Translations under genes and position numbers: made by a program
The notes under the pieces: model-generated
The model's database searches: none
What the model was told of the DNA's origin: nothing
The model's input: only the letters and a program-made list of their open reading frames with translations
NCBI GenBank assembly: GCA_037129255.1
Contig: JBAXVG010000025.1
Coordinates: forward strand, 120-64,119
Source: Desulfuromonadales bacterium
GTDB lineage: Bacteria; Desulfobacterota; Desulfuromonadia; Geobacterales; Pseudopelobacteraceae
Direction: 5' to 3'
DNA length: 64,000 nt
Part shown: in pieces, positions 8,612 through 19,020 of the stretch
Numbering within the stretch: the stretch's first letter is position 1
How the letters are laid out: each line of letters opens with the position of its first letter

Positions 8612-9999
8612 GCACTGAAGAAGCAATCAACGTTATCCCTCCTATGAGTAAACCTCGGGCTGCTGCCTGGCTGATAGGCATTTCGGTGGTTCTGATCGGT
8701 GTCGGCCTCTACTTCGGCAATATAGGCATTGTCTTTGCCTTACTGCTGGCCCTTATGCTGACTGGTGTTCCAGTCTCCATCGCCCTGGGTCTGACCGTCC
8801 TCTCGTTTCTTTACCTGCTCACTAATGTGCCAATTGAGGCAGTGGCTCTCAAGCTCTTCACCGGCATCGAAAAATTCGAGATCATGGCTATACCGTTCTT
8901 CATTTTAGCTGGCAACTTCCTTACTCATGGAGGTGTGGCCAGACGGATGATCGATTTTGCCGTCAGCGTGATCGGCCACTTCCATGGTGGTTTGGCGCTG
9001 GCGGGTATTATCGCCTGCGCCATGTTCGCTCTGGTCTGTGGTTCAAGCGTTGCCACTGTCGTTGCCATCGGCTCTATAGTCCTTCCTGCAATGGTCCAGA
9101 ATGGTTATCCGATGCGATTCGGTGCCGGTGTCATTGTCTGTGCCGGATCACTGGGCATCCTCATGTTGCCGTCAATACCGAAGGTCGTATATGCGGTATC
9201 GACCAATACATCAATCGGAGCGCTCTTCGTAGCCGGCCTGATCCCCGGAATTCTTTTGTCATTCATGCTCGGTGTAGTCACCTGGTATCTCGCAAAGAAA
9301 CGAAATTATCCACGTATGCCAAAATCCTCCTGGGCTCAACGCATTTCTGCCTTCAGAAAGAGCGTCTGGGGATTAATGCTGGTTGTGATTATTGTCGGGG
9401 GTATCTATTCCGGTGTCTTCACTGCCACCGAAGCAGCAGCCATGTCGGCTGTTTACGCTTTCTTCATCTCTGTTTTTGTTTACAAAGACATGGGAATGAA
9501 GGATGTTCCCCGCGTCTTGCTGAATTCAGCCAACATGAGTGCCATGTTGCTCTATATCATTACCAATGCAGTACTGTTCTCGTTTCTGATGTCCCATGAG
9601 AACATCCCACAGATGATGGCTGACTGGATCCTTGGCAAGGATCTTGGCGTTGTTGCATTTCTGATCGTTGTTAACCTGGTACTCCTGCTGGCAGGTAACG
9701 TCATGGAGCCTTCATCAATAATCCTGATTTTTGCGCCGATACTGTTTCCCGCTGCCATGAAGCTCGGTATCGATCCGGTCCATTTCGGTATCCTCATTGA
9801 TGCCAACATGGAGGTAGGCCTCTGTCATCCGCCGGTCGGCCTGAATCTGTATGTCGCTAGCGGTATCTCGAAATTGAGCATTACCGAATTAACAGTGGCA
9901 GTCTTGCCGTGGCTGATGACCATGGTCGTATTTTTGATTATTGTAACTTACTGGCCGTCATTATCAATATGGCTGCCAAAGGCAATGGGCATGATGTAA
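8608..9999 (+). CDS. dctM: TRAP transporter large permease (DctM family)
   Basis: 463-aa polytopic protein with DctM-type motifs (FEIMAIPFFILAG, GIDPVHFGIL). AGGAGG RBS. Confidence 0.9.
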   Translation: MSTEEAINVIPPMSKPRAAAWLIGISVVLIGVGLYFGNIGIVFALLLALMLTGVPVSIALGLTVLSFLYLLTNVPIEAVALKLFTGIEKFEIMAIPFFILAGNFLTHGGVARRMIDFAVSVIGHFHGGLALAGIIACAMFALVCGSSVATVVAIGSIVLPAMVQNGYPMRFGAGVIVCAGSLGILMLPSIPKVVYAVSTNTSIGALFVAGLIPGILLSFMLGVVTWYLAKKRNYPRMPKSSWAQRISAFRKSVWGLMLVVIIVGGIYSGVFTATEAAAMSAVYAFFISVFVYKDMGMKDVPRVLLNSANMSAMLLYIITNAVLFSFLMSHENIPQMMADWILGKDLGVVAFLIVVNLVLLLAGNVMEPSSIILIFAPILFPAAMKLGIDPVHFGILIDANMEVGLCHPPVGLNLYVASGISKLSITELTVAVLPWLMTMVVFLIIVTYWPSLSIWLPKAMGMM

Positions 10000-10032
10000 C
10001 TACACCCGATTTGAGATTTCCCAGGGGAAATA

Positions 10033-10341
10033 ATGTCCGACCACGTGTTGATTTATCTGATTGTCATATTGAATGCGCTGTGCCAGACAATGCTTATCTG
10101 GCGTCAGAAACTTGAACCCAGGACAAGGTGGCAGTTCTGCTGCCTGGCGATCGCCATACCGTTGGCAATCATGGTTGCAATGCGCTTCCTGATTGCCAAC
10201 GGGATAATCCATGGACGCGTTGCCGATCAATCGCTTGTTGAACAATACATTACGAAGGGTACGAGTGTTTTGCTGATTGCCGGTCCATGGCTGGTAACGG
10301 TTGTCGCGATTATCAACAGAAGGCGGCACCGTCTCGTGTAG
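10033..10341 (+). CDS. hypothetical small membrane protein
   Basis: 102-aa ORF with three hydrophobic segments, 33 nt after dctM. No recognisable family. Confidence 0.4.
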   Translation: MSDHVLIYLIVILNALCQTMLIWRQKLEPRTRWQFCCLAIAIPLAIMVAMRFLIANGIIHGRVADQSLVEQYITKGTSVLLIAGPWLVTVVAIINRRRHRLV

Positions 10342-10359
10342 TCGAGGCCGGAGTTTCCC

Positions 10360-10771
10360 ATGTTGATTACACTTGTGATTATCTTCGTCGTCGCTTACGC
10401 CGCCATTGCGCTTGAACACCCGCTCAAGGCCAACAAATCCGCTTCTGCCCTGATCGGCTCCGGTCTGCTCTGGACGATCTACGCCGTTTCCATGATCTGG
10501 TGAGCAAACAGTTGGGAGAGTTGCTGATGGGCACAGCCCAGATTGTCTTCTTCCTGATGACCCGACTGACAGTTTTCTGTGGGAATTCATGGCCTACTGC
10601 GCCGGTACCGGTGGTTCGATACTGATCATCGGATCGGCAGCCGGAGTGGCGGCGATGGGACTTGAGAAGATACATTTCTTCTGGTATGTAAAGCGGATAA
10701 GTGGTCTGGCATTGATAGGTTATTTTGGTGGTATAGCTGTCTATATAGTTCAATACAAGTTGTTTCATTGA
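10360..10771 (+). pseudogene. Remnant of an NhaD/ArsB-superfamily Na+/H+ antiporter gene (frameshift plus large internal deletion)
   Basis: ATG 10360 opens MLITLVIIFVVAYAAIALEHPLKANKSASALIGSGLLWTIY, an NhaD-type N-terminus, and stops at TGA 10501. A second frame continues with DLVSKQLGELLMGTAQIVFFLM. ORF 10589..10771 encodes the conserved C-terminus AYCAGTGGSILIIGSAAGVAAMGLEKIHFFWY..GYFGGI. That gives about 137 codons where more than 400 are expected. Confidence 0.6.
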
Positions 10772-10798
10772 ACAGTGAATCAATTCAGCATTTTATTT

Positions 10799-10834
10799 CG
10801 GCGTTGCGGCTTTCCCCGTGCGCCGTTTTTGTTT
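10799..10834 (+). terminator. Intrinsic terminator
   Basis: CGGCG..CGG / CCG..CGCCG stem with an internal loop, followed by TTTTTGTTT. Confidence 0.5.
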
Positions 10835-10953
10835 GAGTAATGAGCTGTTTACACAGATCTGCAATGAAATAAATATATCATTAAAATTCATATTTGCTCA
10901 CTCGTGTCCGGAATACTATCAGAACCACGAGTACGCTGTAACACTTCAAATTT

Positions 10954-11026
10954 CGGTAGGGTGGGCAGGGTGTTTTGCCCACCAGTCCGCGTGCGCAAAC
11001 GATTAAACTGTTTGCACACCCTACGA
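10954..11026. other. About 70-nt intergenic element made of three nested or adjacent inverted repeats
   Basis: GTAGGG (10956) pairs with CCCTAC (11019) and encloses two hairpins. These are GGTGGGCA-N8-TGCCCACC (10960..10983) and GTGCGCAAAC-N9-GTTTGCACAC (10991..11019). Confidence 0.3.
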
Positions 11027-11041
11027 AAGATAAGATGTTAC

Positions 11042-11070
11042 TTGACACTAGTTACTTATATGAATATACC
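11042..11070 (+). promoter_or_regulatory. sigma-70-like promoter candidate
   Basis: TTGACA-N17-TATACC, about 70 nt upstream of the kinase ATG at 11139. Confidence 0.3.
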
Positions 11071-11138
11071 CTCAATTAGCCGGAATGCTTCATTGTTCAC
11101 GGGGTGATGAACATAATACTCCTCTTAGAGGTATATCC

Positions 11139-13526
11139 ATGAAGGACTTTCTAAGAAATCGCTCGGCAACACTGCGCATAGTAGGAATATATGCGCTGGT
11201 TGGCTGTCTCTGGATATACACTACTGATACAGTTCTTGGCTGGTTTGTACAAGATCCGCATATCATGGTGCATATTGCCATCTTTAAGGGAAGCTTTTTC
11301 ATCTTCTTTACCTCTCTGCTTCTGTATTTCCTCATCAATCGCCACAACAGGAACCTTGCAGTTTCAGAACAGGCCCTCCAGGATCAAGTAAAGTCATTGC
11401 TTGAGAGTGAAACCGAACGCAAGCAAAACGAAGAAATGATACGACGCCTGGAGAATCTGTATGCTGCATTGTGCAAATGCGGGCAGGTAATTGTGCTGTG
11501 CAAGAGTGAGAATGAACTTTTTCAGGAAATCTGCAAAATTGTGGTTCAGATCGGTGGCAAGCGCATGGCGTGGATCGGCCTTACTGATCCCGAAACCAAA
11601 CTGGTTAGTGTGGCAGCATGTTATGGCTCAGGAGTCGAGTATCTGGACAATATTGAAATTTCTGTGGATGCAGACAGTCCTTTCGGTTGTGGTCCGACAG
11701 GTACAGCCATACGTGAACAACGTCCTTTCTGGTGTCAGGATTATCAGCATGATCCGGCTACGAATAACTGGCGTGAGATTGGAAAACTTTTCGGCTGGAA
11801 TGCATCGGCTGCGTTGCCGATATACAAAAACGGCGAGGCTGTTGGAACATTAACTATGTATTCGGATATGATTAATGCCTTTGACGATGCCACGCAAAAT
11901 CTGCTGGTTGAGATGTCCCAGAATATTAGCCATGCGCTTGATACAATTGCGAGCGATGCTTCGCGAAAGAAGGCTGAAGAGGCTCTCAATGAAAGCGAGA
12001 TCCGATTCAGGTCTATCTTCAAATCTTCACCAATCGCTATCGGGATCGGCAGAGCAAGCAATGGGGAGATGATCGATGTCAATGAAGCCTGGCTTAGACT
12101 TTTTGGATACGAACGTGATGAGGTTATAGGACATACTACAGAAGAGCTGTCTGTTTATCCCAAAGAGGAAGAGCGTAGCCAGATTATCGACATTATCAAG
12201 GATCGAGGCTGGATTGTAAACCAACCTATGCAACTTCGACATAAATCCGGAGCGATCATTGAAGTTCTCTATTCAGCCGATATTGTTACAATCAGCTCTG
12301 AACCCTGCCTGCAAGTATTGATGACTGATATCACCGCAAACAGGAAATTTGAAGAAGAGAAGAAAGTTCTTGAGCAGCAACTGCTTCAGTCACAGAAATT
12401 GGAGAGCCTTGGGGTCCTGGCCGGCGGTATCGCCCACGATTTTAACAACATTCTCCAGATAATCTTAGGTGCCTGCGCTTTAATCAAGATGGATTCTGAA
12501 ACGGCAGAGTGCTTTCTTCCTCAGATAGAGCAAGCTGCCAAACGAGCGGCCGGGTTGTGCAACCAGATGCTGACCTACGCCGGTAAAAGCACAATTGCCC
12601 CGACTCAGGTCATTCTCTGGCCGCTGGTGGATGAGATTGTCAGCATGCTGAAAAAGACCATCAAGCAGAACGTTGTGATCAATTGCAAATATCAACCGTA
12701 TATTCCATACATCAAAGGCGATGCCGACCAACTTGGTCAGATTGTGATGAATCTGATCATCAACGCAGCGGAAGCCATAGGCACGGCTCAGGGCGAGGTC
12801 GCAGTTTCACTGGCTAAAACAACCATACATCCCGGGCAATCAGACAAGGACTATAATGGCAAAGAGATTACACCCGGAGAGTATGCCTGTCTGGAAGTCA
12901 CCGATACCGGATGCGGCATGGATGATGAGGCAAAATGGCGCATCTTCGAGCCTTTTTACACCACCAAATTTACCGGAAGAGGCCTTGGGATGTCGGCTGT
13001 ACTCGGCATCGTCAAGTCGCATAAGGGCGCATTACAGCTTTTCAGCACGCCGGGCCAGGGAACAACCATCAAAGTATATCTGCCGGCACAGATAAGTGAC
13101 TCCGCCGGAAATATAATTGTTCCGCAAGCCCCTCTGATACCATGGCAGGGGAGCGGCACGATACTGCTTGTTGATGATGAAGATCAGATCAGAATAATAG
13201 CGAAAACCATCTTGAAGAAGATGGGGTTCGGGGTGCTTGAAGCATCAAACGGCAGAGAAGCGCTTCAATTGTATCAGAAGAACAAAGCAGCTATCACTCT
13301 GGTTCTGACAGACATCGGTATGCCGGTCATGGATGGTTACGAGATGAGCCGCGAACTGAAAAAACTCGATCTGGAAATCCCGGTCGTTATCTCCAGCGGC
13401 TTTGGTGACGCTGAAGTCACCACCGGGATAGCGCGAGAGGATATTGCCGGGTTAGTCAGCAAGCCGTATAACCCTGATCAGTTGCGGAATGTGTTGAGGA
13501 AGATATTGGACAACAAACCTGCATAA
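11139..13526 (+). CDS. Hybrid sensor histidine kinase (2TM-GAF-PAS-HK-REC), AHDFNN H-box class
   Basis: ORF 11085..13526; internal ATG 11139 (MKDFLRNRS) is preferred. H-box [21 protein letters not shown]. HATPase N/G boxes [24 protein letters not shown]-terminal receiver [20 protein letters not shown]. Confidence 0.9.
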   Translation: MKDFLRNRSATLRIVGIYALVGCLWIYTTDTVLGWFVQDPHIMVHIAIFKGSFFIFFTSLLLYFLINRHNRNLAVSEQALQDQVKSLLESETERKQNEEMIRRLENLYAALCKCGQVIVLCKSENELFQEICKIVVQIGGKRMAWIGLTDPETKLVSVAACYGSGVEYLDNIEISVDADSPFGCGPTGTAIREQRPFWCQDYQHDPATNNWREIGKLFGWNASAALPIYKNGEAVGTLTMYSDMINAFDDATQNLLVEMSQNISHALDTIASDASRKKAEEALNESEIRFRSIFKSSPIAIGIGRASNGEMIDVNEAWLRLFGYERDEVIGHTTEELSVYPKEEERSQIIDIIKDRGWIVNQPMQLRHKSGAIIEVLYSADIVTISSEPCLQVLMTDITANRKFEEEKKVLEQQLLQSQKLESLGVLAGGIAHDFNNILQIILGACALIKMDSETAECFLPQIEQAAKRAAGLCNQMLTYAGKSTIAPTQVILWPLVDEIVSMLKKTIKQNVVINCKYQPYIPYIKGDADQLGQIVMNLIINAAEAIGTAQGEVAVSLAKTTIHPGQSDKDYNGKEITPGEYACLEVTDTGCGMDDEAKWRIFEPFYTTKFTGRGLGMSAVLGIVKSHKGALQLFSTPGQGTTIKVYLPAQISDSAGNIIVPQAPLIPWQGSGTILLVDDEDQIRIIAKTILKKMGFGVLEASNGREALQLYQKNKAAITLVLTDIGMPVMDGYEMSRELKKLDLEIPVVISSGFGDAEVTTGIAREDIAGLVSKPYNPDQLRNVLRKILDNKPA

Positions 13527-13537
13527 GGGCAAATCTT

Positions 13538-16500
13538 ATGAAAAAATCAGCTCAAGGCATGGATCCGGTTTTAGCGCACATTCTGATTGTTGATGACGAA
13601 GCGGCAATCTGCCAGCAGTTAGCAAACTATTTTCACGTTATCGGGTTCAAAACCAGCTCAGCTGGTAATGCAGCGGATGCCTACAGCATGCTTGAGCAGG
13701 AGCAGTATGACGCTATTATGACTGATGTGGTCATGCCCGACGAGGGTGGCATCTCGCTTCTCGGCCGTGTTCGCCAGACCTGGCCTGAAATTCCGGTTAT
13801 CCTGATGACCGGCCGCGCTCAACTGGAGATGGCGGTTGAGGCAATAAAAAATGGCGCCTTCGATTTTGTCCAGAAGCCGTTCGATTTTGATTATATGGTC
13901 AAGGTTGTTGAACGGGCGGTCAATTATGCCAAGTTGAAGCGTCTGGAGAAAAACTACAACGCCGAACTGGAAGAAACGGTACTGCGCCGCACAGCAGAGC
14001 TGAATGCCAGCGAGGAACGATATCACGCAATTATCGAAAATCAGACTGAGTTGATCTGCCGATATCTGCCGGATGGCAGGCTCTCATTTGTCAATGGGGC
14101 ATATGCCCGGTATTACTGTATCAATCAGTGCGATCTGATCGACAGTAATTTTATCCCGAATATACCCGAACCGGATATGGCTATGATTTCGGAGTGTCTG
14201 GCCGGAATCACCCGTGATAATCCAGTGGTAGAGTACAAGCACCGCATTAATAAGCCTGGGGGTGAGTTGCGCTGGCAGCATTGGACACAGCAGGGGATTT
14301 ATGCAGCCGACGGAACTCTGAAGGAATATCAGGCGGTGGGGAATGATATTACCGAGAGCAAACTGACCGAGGAAACCCTCCTGTTTCTTTTGCAGTGTGG
14401 TTCTCGTCACCCCGGCGAGGATTTTTTTGAATCACTGGCCCGCTATCTTGCCCAGACCCTTAACATGGACTTCGTCTGTATTGATCAACTGAAGGGCGAC
14501 TCTCTTTCCGCCAAAACTCTTGCAGTATACCATGATGGCCGGTTTGAAGATAAAGTGGAGTACACACTAAAAGACACCCCGTGCGGGGATGTGGTGGGCA
14601 AGCAGATTTGCGTCTTCCCGGCAGGTGTGTGCAATCTGTTTCCCAAGGATGCGGCGTTGCAGGATTTACAAGCCGAAAGTTATGTCGGAACAACCCTCTG
14701 GAGTTCCGCTGCGAAGCCGATCGGCCTGATTGCGGTCATCGGCCGACAGCCATTGACGAACCCCTCGCTGGCTGAATCAATTTTGAAACTGGTCTCCATC
14801 CGCGCAGCTGCCGAGCTGGAACGCAGGGATGCGGAGAATTTGCTGTTCGAAGCCAATCAATTTACGAGACAAATCATCAACTGTGTACGGGAAGGTATCA
14901 TTGTTTATGACCGTGAACTGCGGTATCAGGTCTGGAACCCGTTTATGGAAGAGTTAAGCGGACTCGCAGCCAGTGAAGTGCTTGGTAAACATCCTTGTGA
15001 ATTGTTCCCTTTTTTAAAAGAAGTCGGACAGTTAGAACGTCTGGAACAAGCGCTGTCCGGAGACGGACTTGCCGAGATAGTCTTTCCGTATACTGTTCAA
15101 AAAACTGGTCAGCATGGATGGACATCTGAGTTGACATATCCTTTAATAAACAGAAACGACGAGGTTGTAGGGGTTATCTCGATAGTTCGGGATATCACTC
15201 AAAATAAAATAAACGAGGATTTATTACAGCAGGCCAAAACCGCCGCCGAAGCGGCCAGCATCGCCAAGAGCGCTTTTTTGGCCAGCATGAGCCACGAGAT
15301 CCGTACGCCGATGAACGGCGTGATAGGCATGACCGGACTGCTGCTGGACACCGATTTGACCGCCGAACAGCGCCATTTTGCCGAAATTATCCGTAAAAGC
15401 GGTGATAATCTGCTGGAGCTTATCAACGACATTCTGGATTTCTCGAAGATAGAGGCCGGCAAACTGGATGTTGAAAAACTTGACTTTGATCTGAGAACAA
15501 CAGTGGAAGATACCGCAGAGCTGCTGGCAATCAAGGCTGCGGATGCTGGTCTGGAGCTGATCTGCAGGATCGATCCCGGTGTGCCGTCACATCTGAAAGG
15601 GGATCCGGGGCGGTTGCGCCAGATTATCACCAATCTGGCCGGTAACGCCATCAAGTTTACCCATAAGGGTGAAGTTGTCATCAGCGCAGATATTGAATCA
15701 AATCAGGATGATTCAGTTATGGTTCGTTTTTCGGTACGCGATACCGGTATTGGAATACCTGAGGAACGTCGAGTGGCGATCTTTGAGCCGTTCACACAGG
15801 TTGACGGCTCCACTACCCGTAAATATGGGGGGACCGGCCTGGGGCTGGCGATATCAAAACAGCTGGCGGAGATGATGGACGGAGAAATCGGAGTTGAGAG
15901 CACTGAGGGCAAAGGCTCCACCTTCTGGTTCACCGCCCGTTTTGAAAAGCGAATGGATGTAGAGACGCAAAATTTTGCATCTCTACCACGCACCGACATA
16001 TCCGCGGCACGAATGCTGGTAGTAGACGTCAACGCTACCAATTTGATGCTGATGACCTCCCTGCTGAACAGCTGGGGTTGCAGGTTTGAGACAGTCAGCG
16101 GCGGCGAAGCAGCTTTGATGCTTTTACGCGTGGCGGCAGAACAGAACGATCCCTTCAATATTGCCCTGCTTGACCAGCAGATCCCTGGAATGGACGGCAG
16201 GGAACTTGGCCGCCGTATCAAGACAGATCCTCTGCTGAAAACAATCCGGCTGATTATGATAACATCCCTTGGTCAGCGTGGTGACGCTGCCGCTCTCAAA
16301 AAGATCGGCTTTGCCGGATATCTGGCAAAACCGGTGCGCCAGTCACAACTCTATGATTGTATTGCCCTTGTTCTTGAGAGAGAAACAGACGAGGTTCCAA
16401 AAAACGAAATCGTAACGCGACACACTGTTGCAGAACATGTCTGTCAGAGGGGTAAAATCCTGCTGGCGGATGACAATAGTATCAATCAGAAAGTGGCGCA

Positions 16501-16831
16501 GGCTCTGCTGCATAATCTGGGCTATAAGGCGGATGTGGTTGCCAACGGCCACGAAGCTGTCCAGGCGCTTGAGCATATACACTATGATCTGGTTTTGATG
16601 GACTGCCTGATGCCGGAGATGGACGGTTTTGAAGCAACCGCCCTGATCCGTGACCCGAGATCGAAAGTCCTCAATCATGCCGTGCCGATAATAGCATTGA
16701 CAGCCAACGCCATGAGGAAAGACCGCGAAGAATGTATTACGGCGGGGATGGATGATTATTTGACAAAGCCTTTGAAGAAAGCCGAACTGGCAGAGGTTCT
16801 TGGGAAATGGCTTAAAGGGAGAGTACGATAG
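13538..16831 (+). CDS. Receiver-first hybrid histidine kinase (REC-PAS-GAF-PAS-HisKA-HATPase-REC-REC)
   Basis: N-terminal receiver [23 protein letters not shown] and GAF segments. H-box [14 protein letters not shown]. HATPase GNAIKFT, DTGIGIP, GGTGLGL. Two C-terminal receivers. Confidence 0.9.
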   Translation: MKKSAQGMDPVLAHILIVDDEAAICQQLANYFHVIGFKTSSAGNAADAYSMLEQEQYDAIMTDVVMPDEGGISLLGRVRQTWPEIPVILMTGRAQLEMAVEAIKNGAFDFVQKPFDFDYMVKVVERAVNYAKLKRLEKNYNAELEETVLRRTAELNASEERYHAIIENQTELICRYLPDGRLSFVNGAYARYYCINQCDLIDSNFIPNIPEPDMAMISECLAGITRDNPVVEYKHRINKPGGELRWQHWTQQGIYAADGTLKEYQAVGNDITESKLTEETLLFLLQCGSRHPGEDFFESLARYLAQTLNMDFVCIDQLKGDSLSAKTLAVYHDGRFEDKVEYTLKDTPCGDVVGKQICVFPAGVCNLFPKDAALQDLQAESYVGTTLWSSAAKPIGLIAVIGRQPLTNPSLAESILKLVSIRAAAELERRDAENLLFEANQFTRQIINCVREGIIVYDRELRYQVWNPFMEELSGLAASEVLGKHPCELFPFLKEVGQLERLEQALSGDGLAEIVFPYTVQKTGQHGWTSELTYPLINRNDEVVGVISIVRDITQNKINEDLLQQAKTAAEAASIAKSAFLASMSHEIRTPMNGVIGMTGLLLDTDLTAEQRHFAEIIRKSGDNLLELINDILDFSKIEAGKLDVEKLDFDLRTTVEDTAELLAIKAADAGLELICRIDPGVPSHLKGDPGRLRQIITNLAGNAIKFTHKGEVVISADIESNQDDSVMVRFSVRDTGIGIPEERRVAIFEPFTQVDGSTTRKYGGTGLGLAISKQLAEMMDGEIGVESTEGKGSTFWFTARFEKRMDVETQNFASLPRTDISAARMLVVDVNATNLMLMTSLLNSWGCRFETVSGGEAALMLLRVAAEQNDPFNIALLDQQIPGMDGRELGRRIKTDPLLKTIRLIMITSLGQRGDAAALKKIGFAGYLAKPVRQSQLYDCIALVLERETDEVPKNEIVTRHTVAEHVCQRGKILLADDNSINQKVAQALLHNLGYKADVVANGHEAVQALEHIHYDLVLMDCLMPEMDGFEATALIRDPRSKVLNHAVPIIALTANAMRKDREECITAGMDDYLTKPLKKAELAEVLGKWLKGRVR

Positions 16832-16872
16832 TAAGGAAGACAACATAACAATACATCAGTAACGTGCCATGA

Positions 16873-16919
16873 CTGGCCTTCCCTCAGAAATTCGGTCAAT
16901 TTTCTGAAAGGAAGGCCAG
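16873..16919. terminator. Long hairpin between convergent genes
   Basis: CTGGCCTTCC..TCAGAAATT-cggtc-AATTTTCTGA..GGAAGGCCAG gives about 19 bp of stem. There is no clear U-tract on either strand. Confidence 0.45.
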
Positions 16920-16940
16920 ATTGTTGAGAAGCGAAGAACG

Positions 16941-18755
16941 TCAGTTTGGTAGTGTGCCGGCAGCAACGAGGGTGTCGTGAGCGACTTTCTGCAGCTTTAA
17001 CGCATCAGCGGTGGTAATGCCCAACTCTCCAAAAGCCTTTTCGTTGGTTCCGAACGACTGGGGATCAAGACCCGTCAGCGTTCCATACATGATTAAACCG
17101 GCCAGATATGACCCATGCACACTTGCATGCGTGCGATCCTTCCACCAAAGGTTGATAGAACCGGAATCATCAAACGTTCCGTCAGTTTTGTAAAAATTGC
17201 CTGTCTTGACTACGCCGGAGTCAACTGCTCTTTGAAACGCATCGCCCACCGGAGCCACACCGGCAAAATTCCTGTTACTGATGACTCTGCCGAAAAATAC
17301 ATTGTGCAAATCCGTAGTCATATCATTCAGATTCGCAGCAGTGGTGGCTTTACTGGTGTAGTAAACAGTATTCAGGCCGGTTGTGCTGCTGCCGTTTGCG
17401 CCATTTGAACATGTGGTGTCAACAATGGGGGCACCATCTGTGGTCGAAATATCCGCTTTAGTACATTTGTGAGCTTCTACCATGTCCGGTCTTGCCCAAC
17501 TCTGAAACAGATAGATTTTAGCGTTCGGGTTGGCGTTGGCATTGGCCGGAATGACGCGACTGGTCCCGCAATTTGCGGTGCTCAAACCTGGACCTGGCGG
17601 GTTGGCCGTTACCGCTGCCGTGCAGTTTGCCAGGCTTCCGAAAATTTCTGATTCTGAGGTAGTACTACCAGTGCCGAGGTGTATATATTTCTCGATCTGA
17701 TCGAGATACGTGCTGAAGGAGACAAAATTTCCATTTTTGGATCTGGTCACCGGCAATGGTTCATCACTTTGGGCCTGCAGCACAACAAGATCCCATTTCT
17801 GTTTAGCCATATTGGATCTCAAATCCCAATTGGCGTTGGCGGTATTGAGAAATTGGCCGCGTAATGTCGCAGCATTTCTGGCGGAAATCGAGACTTCGTA
17901 ATTGAGACCGGCCTGGTCCGTCAGCCTTTTGAAAATGCCGGGGACACCACCCCAGTTATGGGGTTCAAAACAGCCGGTCGTGTTATCCAGACAAGGGTTG
18001 GGCGCGACCCCGGAGCCGACCGGATAGCTGTTGCCTCCGGCAGGATCGATTGCATTGAACGCCGCCGTAAGATCCGATACATTGGCCGAGTTATATTGAA
18101 GTGCCGGCGCAATCCGTGCGAATGTGTAACTGTTGCCGACAAAAAGAACCTTCTTGACCGCTGGCGGAACAGTGACTGAACCGGTGAACGTGAGTATGTT
18201 GTTTGCATACGACAGGACGTAACCGCCATTTGCCGTAACAGCGGCAGCAACAGACGCAAAGGTTTTATCAGTGTGGATCGGAGCAAGGTTGGCTCCCAGC
18301 ACGGTCGTGGCAATAGTTGTGGATGCTTTGGAGATGGAGATTGATACGTTGTTGGTCACTCCGGTTCCTGTAGCAGGGATGGTCAAGTCCATCGGGGTTA
18401 TAGAATAGAGGTTTGATACGGGAGGACCGGAAAGGCTGGCCTTGAACAGTATCACTGATTTTGCACCCGGCAGAGTGAAGTTCAAGCCGCTGAATGATCC
18501 GTCTGCCTGAATATCTGCAGTTGCCAGTGGGGATTTGCCGGCGGTACTGTAGGCGTTGAATACTTCCAGCTTGCCAATTGTTCCGGTTGTTGCAGCTGCC
18601 GACTTGCTCACTTCTACCATGCCGATCAACTTCGCATGTACCTGACCGTCTGATGACTGTGTAACACTGCTTCCGGTTCCGTCACCGCTGCAGCCGCCAA
18701 AGGCTAAAACGGAAAATGCAAAAACTGTCAATAAATACCAAAGCTTTCCATTCAT
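16941..18755 (-). CDS. Secreted lipoprotein with C-terminal SGNH/GDSL-like hydrolase domain
   Basis: AGGAGG RBS. Signal peptide with lipobox AFGGC. Ser/Thr/Gly-rich beta-type N-terminal half. SGNH-like blocks VLFVGNSYT, DLVVLQAQSDE and DRTHAS (DxxH). Confidence 0.7.
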   Translation of the reverse strand: MNGKLWYLLTVFAFSVLAFGGCSGDGTGSSVTQSSDGQVHAKLIGMVEVSKSAAATTGTIGKLEVFNAYSTAGKSPLATADIQADGSFSGLNFTLPGAKSVILFKASLSGPPVSNLYSITPMDLTIPATGTGVTNNVSISISKASTTIATTVLGANLAPIHTDKTFASVAAAVTANGGYVLSYANNILTFTGSVTVPPAVKKVLFVGNSYTFARIAPALQYNSANVSDLTAAFNAIDPAGGNSYPVGSGVAPNPCLDNTTGCFEPHNWGGVPGIFKRLTDQAGLNYEVSISARNAATLRGQFLNTANANWDLRSNMAKQKWDLVVLQAQSDEPLPVTRSKNGNFVSFSTYLDQIEKYIHLGTGSTTSESEIFGSLANCTAAVTANPPGPGLSTANCGTSRVIPANANANPNAKIYLFQSWARPDMVEAHKCTKADISTTDGAPIVDTTCSNGANGSSTTGLNTVYYTSKATTAANLNDMTTDLHNVFFGRVISNRNFAGVAPVGDAFQRAVDSGVVKTGNFYKTDGTFDDSGSINLWWKDRTHASVHGSYLAGLIMYGTLTGLDPQSFGTNEKAFGELGITTADALKLQKVAHDTLVAAGTLPN

Positions 18756-19020
18756 TGTTTGTTTCCTCCTGTCATAGGGTATGTTTCACAGTGATGATGA
18801 ACATTGCATTTTGCTACAACACTACGGCCAACCTCCTTTCCTGATTGTTGACCGTGACAATACTGCTCAGGATGGGCGATTGTCAATGCTATGATGATCG
18901 GGGAAAAGTAAGCCGGTATAGATCCTTTGCTGCCAGACTAAAATAAATTTGCACGATGCAGCGCCATCTATGATAGTTTTAAGCAGAATCGATAACTGAC
19001 GAACTATGGAGGATGACCCT

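Noticed and set aside
10000-10590. 196-aa minus-strand ORF spanning the dctM end, the small membrane ORF and the NhaD remnant.
   Set aside because: It has low-complexity, Arg/Gly-rich composition and crosses several plus-strand features. It has no RBS and no family resemblance.
10613-10620. GGTTCGAT, a tRNA T-loop-like motif.
   Set aside because: No acceptor, D or anticodon arms can be built around it. It lies inside the conserved C-terminal coding piece of the NhaD remnant (GTGGSIL).
18811-18829. On the minus strand, TGGCCG-N5-TTGT is a possible sigma-54 promoter for the lipoprotein gene.
   Set aside because: The essential -12 GC dinucleotide is GT. It is much weaker than the two promoters reported, so I did not call it.
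18921-18953. On the minus strand, GCAAA...GGCAGCAAAGG upstream of the lipoprotein gene looked superficially like the GCAAA/ACGCAAAGC cores of a c-di-GMP-I (GEMM) riboswitch.
   Set aside because: The 14 nt between the two cores (TTTATTTTAGTCTG) cannot form the P1 hairpin with a GNRA loop. No complementary P2 arm is present.
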